From Hydrurus foetidus (lineage: Eukaryota): a DNA stretch of 64,000 bases. Numbering within the stretch: position 1 is the stretch's first letter; each line of letters starts with the position of its first letter. Of this stretch, positions 63,158 to 64,000 are shown in pieces. The DNA lies in the NCBI GenBank assembly GCA_900617105.1, contig UYFQ01000229.1, positions 1 to 64,000 of the forward strand, in the 5' to 3' direction. Under the pieces are notes generated by a model that worked only from the letters and a program-made list of their open reading frames with translations, was not told the DNA's origin and did no database searches. The position numbers and the translations under genes are program-made.

Positions 63158-64000
63158 ACAATCAGACAACTTCCTTTTCAATATTTGTAGTACCTAGAAA
63201 TCAACTATTTGTATGCCAAGACCGTGGCTCGTTTAACAAAGATGAACATAAACTAAGCGTTGCAATGCTCTGATTTTTATCTGATAATTTTTGCAGTCAG
63301 AGCTTGAACTTTCTCACAGACCAGCTTTTACATGTGACCACAAGAAGACATCCCCGATCATAACTGAATTTGCTGCCACTGCTTTACGAATTTATCACCC
63401 TTGGGACCTTTGAATGAACGATCACCACATGTACTAGTAGACTATTCTTCTTATTTAACTTTCAAAAGTAGAAATCTCGTCGATCGGGTCTGCGTCACAT
63501 TCTTCTTCAGATTTTGCGAAGTTAGCAAATGGTGTTGCACCGTACTCTGTGCCACAACCCCAAGCAAAAGTGGAGACATTTTGATCCTCGAGCCTTCTCA
63601 TCATCTGCGACAGGAGTGGATATCGATGCATGCCTCTCTCCCAAACCTTGTGCTCATCCTGAGAAACTCATAATAGGGTCGGGTCGCCCATCAACACGAA
63701 AGACAGTTGTACTCGTCAAATCACTCTCAATAAACAATAAACCCTCTTTACAAACAAATTGTGATGATTACGAAAACATACAGATAATCATACAATTACT
63801 GTATTTTTCACATTTTCAGAATGCGCGGCAGCTGATCCTCGAAATTTCATTAAAAAAAGGTGGAAGGTACCTAAAGAAAATTAAAAATTGACTCATACGA
63901 CATACGACGACTTTTCGTTCGGTGATGGGATATAGGGGATATATTACGCCATTACGCCCGCAGAATAAAGTGATCGCTTCCCTCTCGCAAAAAATAGAAA

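Overview
Eukaryotic DNA with GT-AG introns, probably from an ochrophyte/stramenopile (inferred from a bipartite plastid-type leader and diatom-CoDi-like copia elements). The first 40 kb is almost all mobile DNA. A partial Ty1/copia element (+, 1-4928) is followed by an OTU-protease ORF and a ~6.4 kb array of 143/183-bp hairpin-bearing repeats. A second copia element (-, 18471-39970, TSD TCCAG) has its 5' LTR split by a fully resolvable nest: Sola1 (24090-39923, TSD ATAT) holds a Kolobok (24873-29715, TSD TTAA, 388-bp TIRs) and, inside its right TIR, a Zator (33404-39908, TSD CAG), whose own right TIR holds a TTAGGG-rich MITE. The right part has a Topo VI B-like gene, a Ty3/gypsy chromovirus with apparently identical LTRs (43959-49690), and host genes for a BRCC36-like DUB, eIF3a, RPL23, an HSD17B10-like SDR and a metallophosphoesterase. 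Best leads: the copia element has no tRNA PBS but has an 11-nt PBS-to-LTR complementarity that suggests Tf1-like self-priming; the Sola1 transposase appears fused to a USP-like cysteine protease; and the Sola composite has regained a perfect 18-bp TIR. Family assignments come from recalled motifs and TIR/TSD signatures read by eye, not from database searches.
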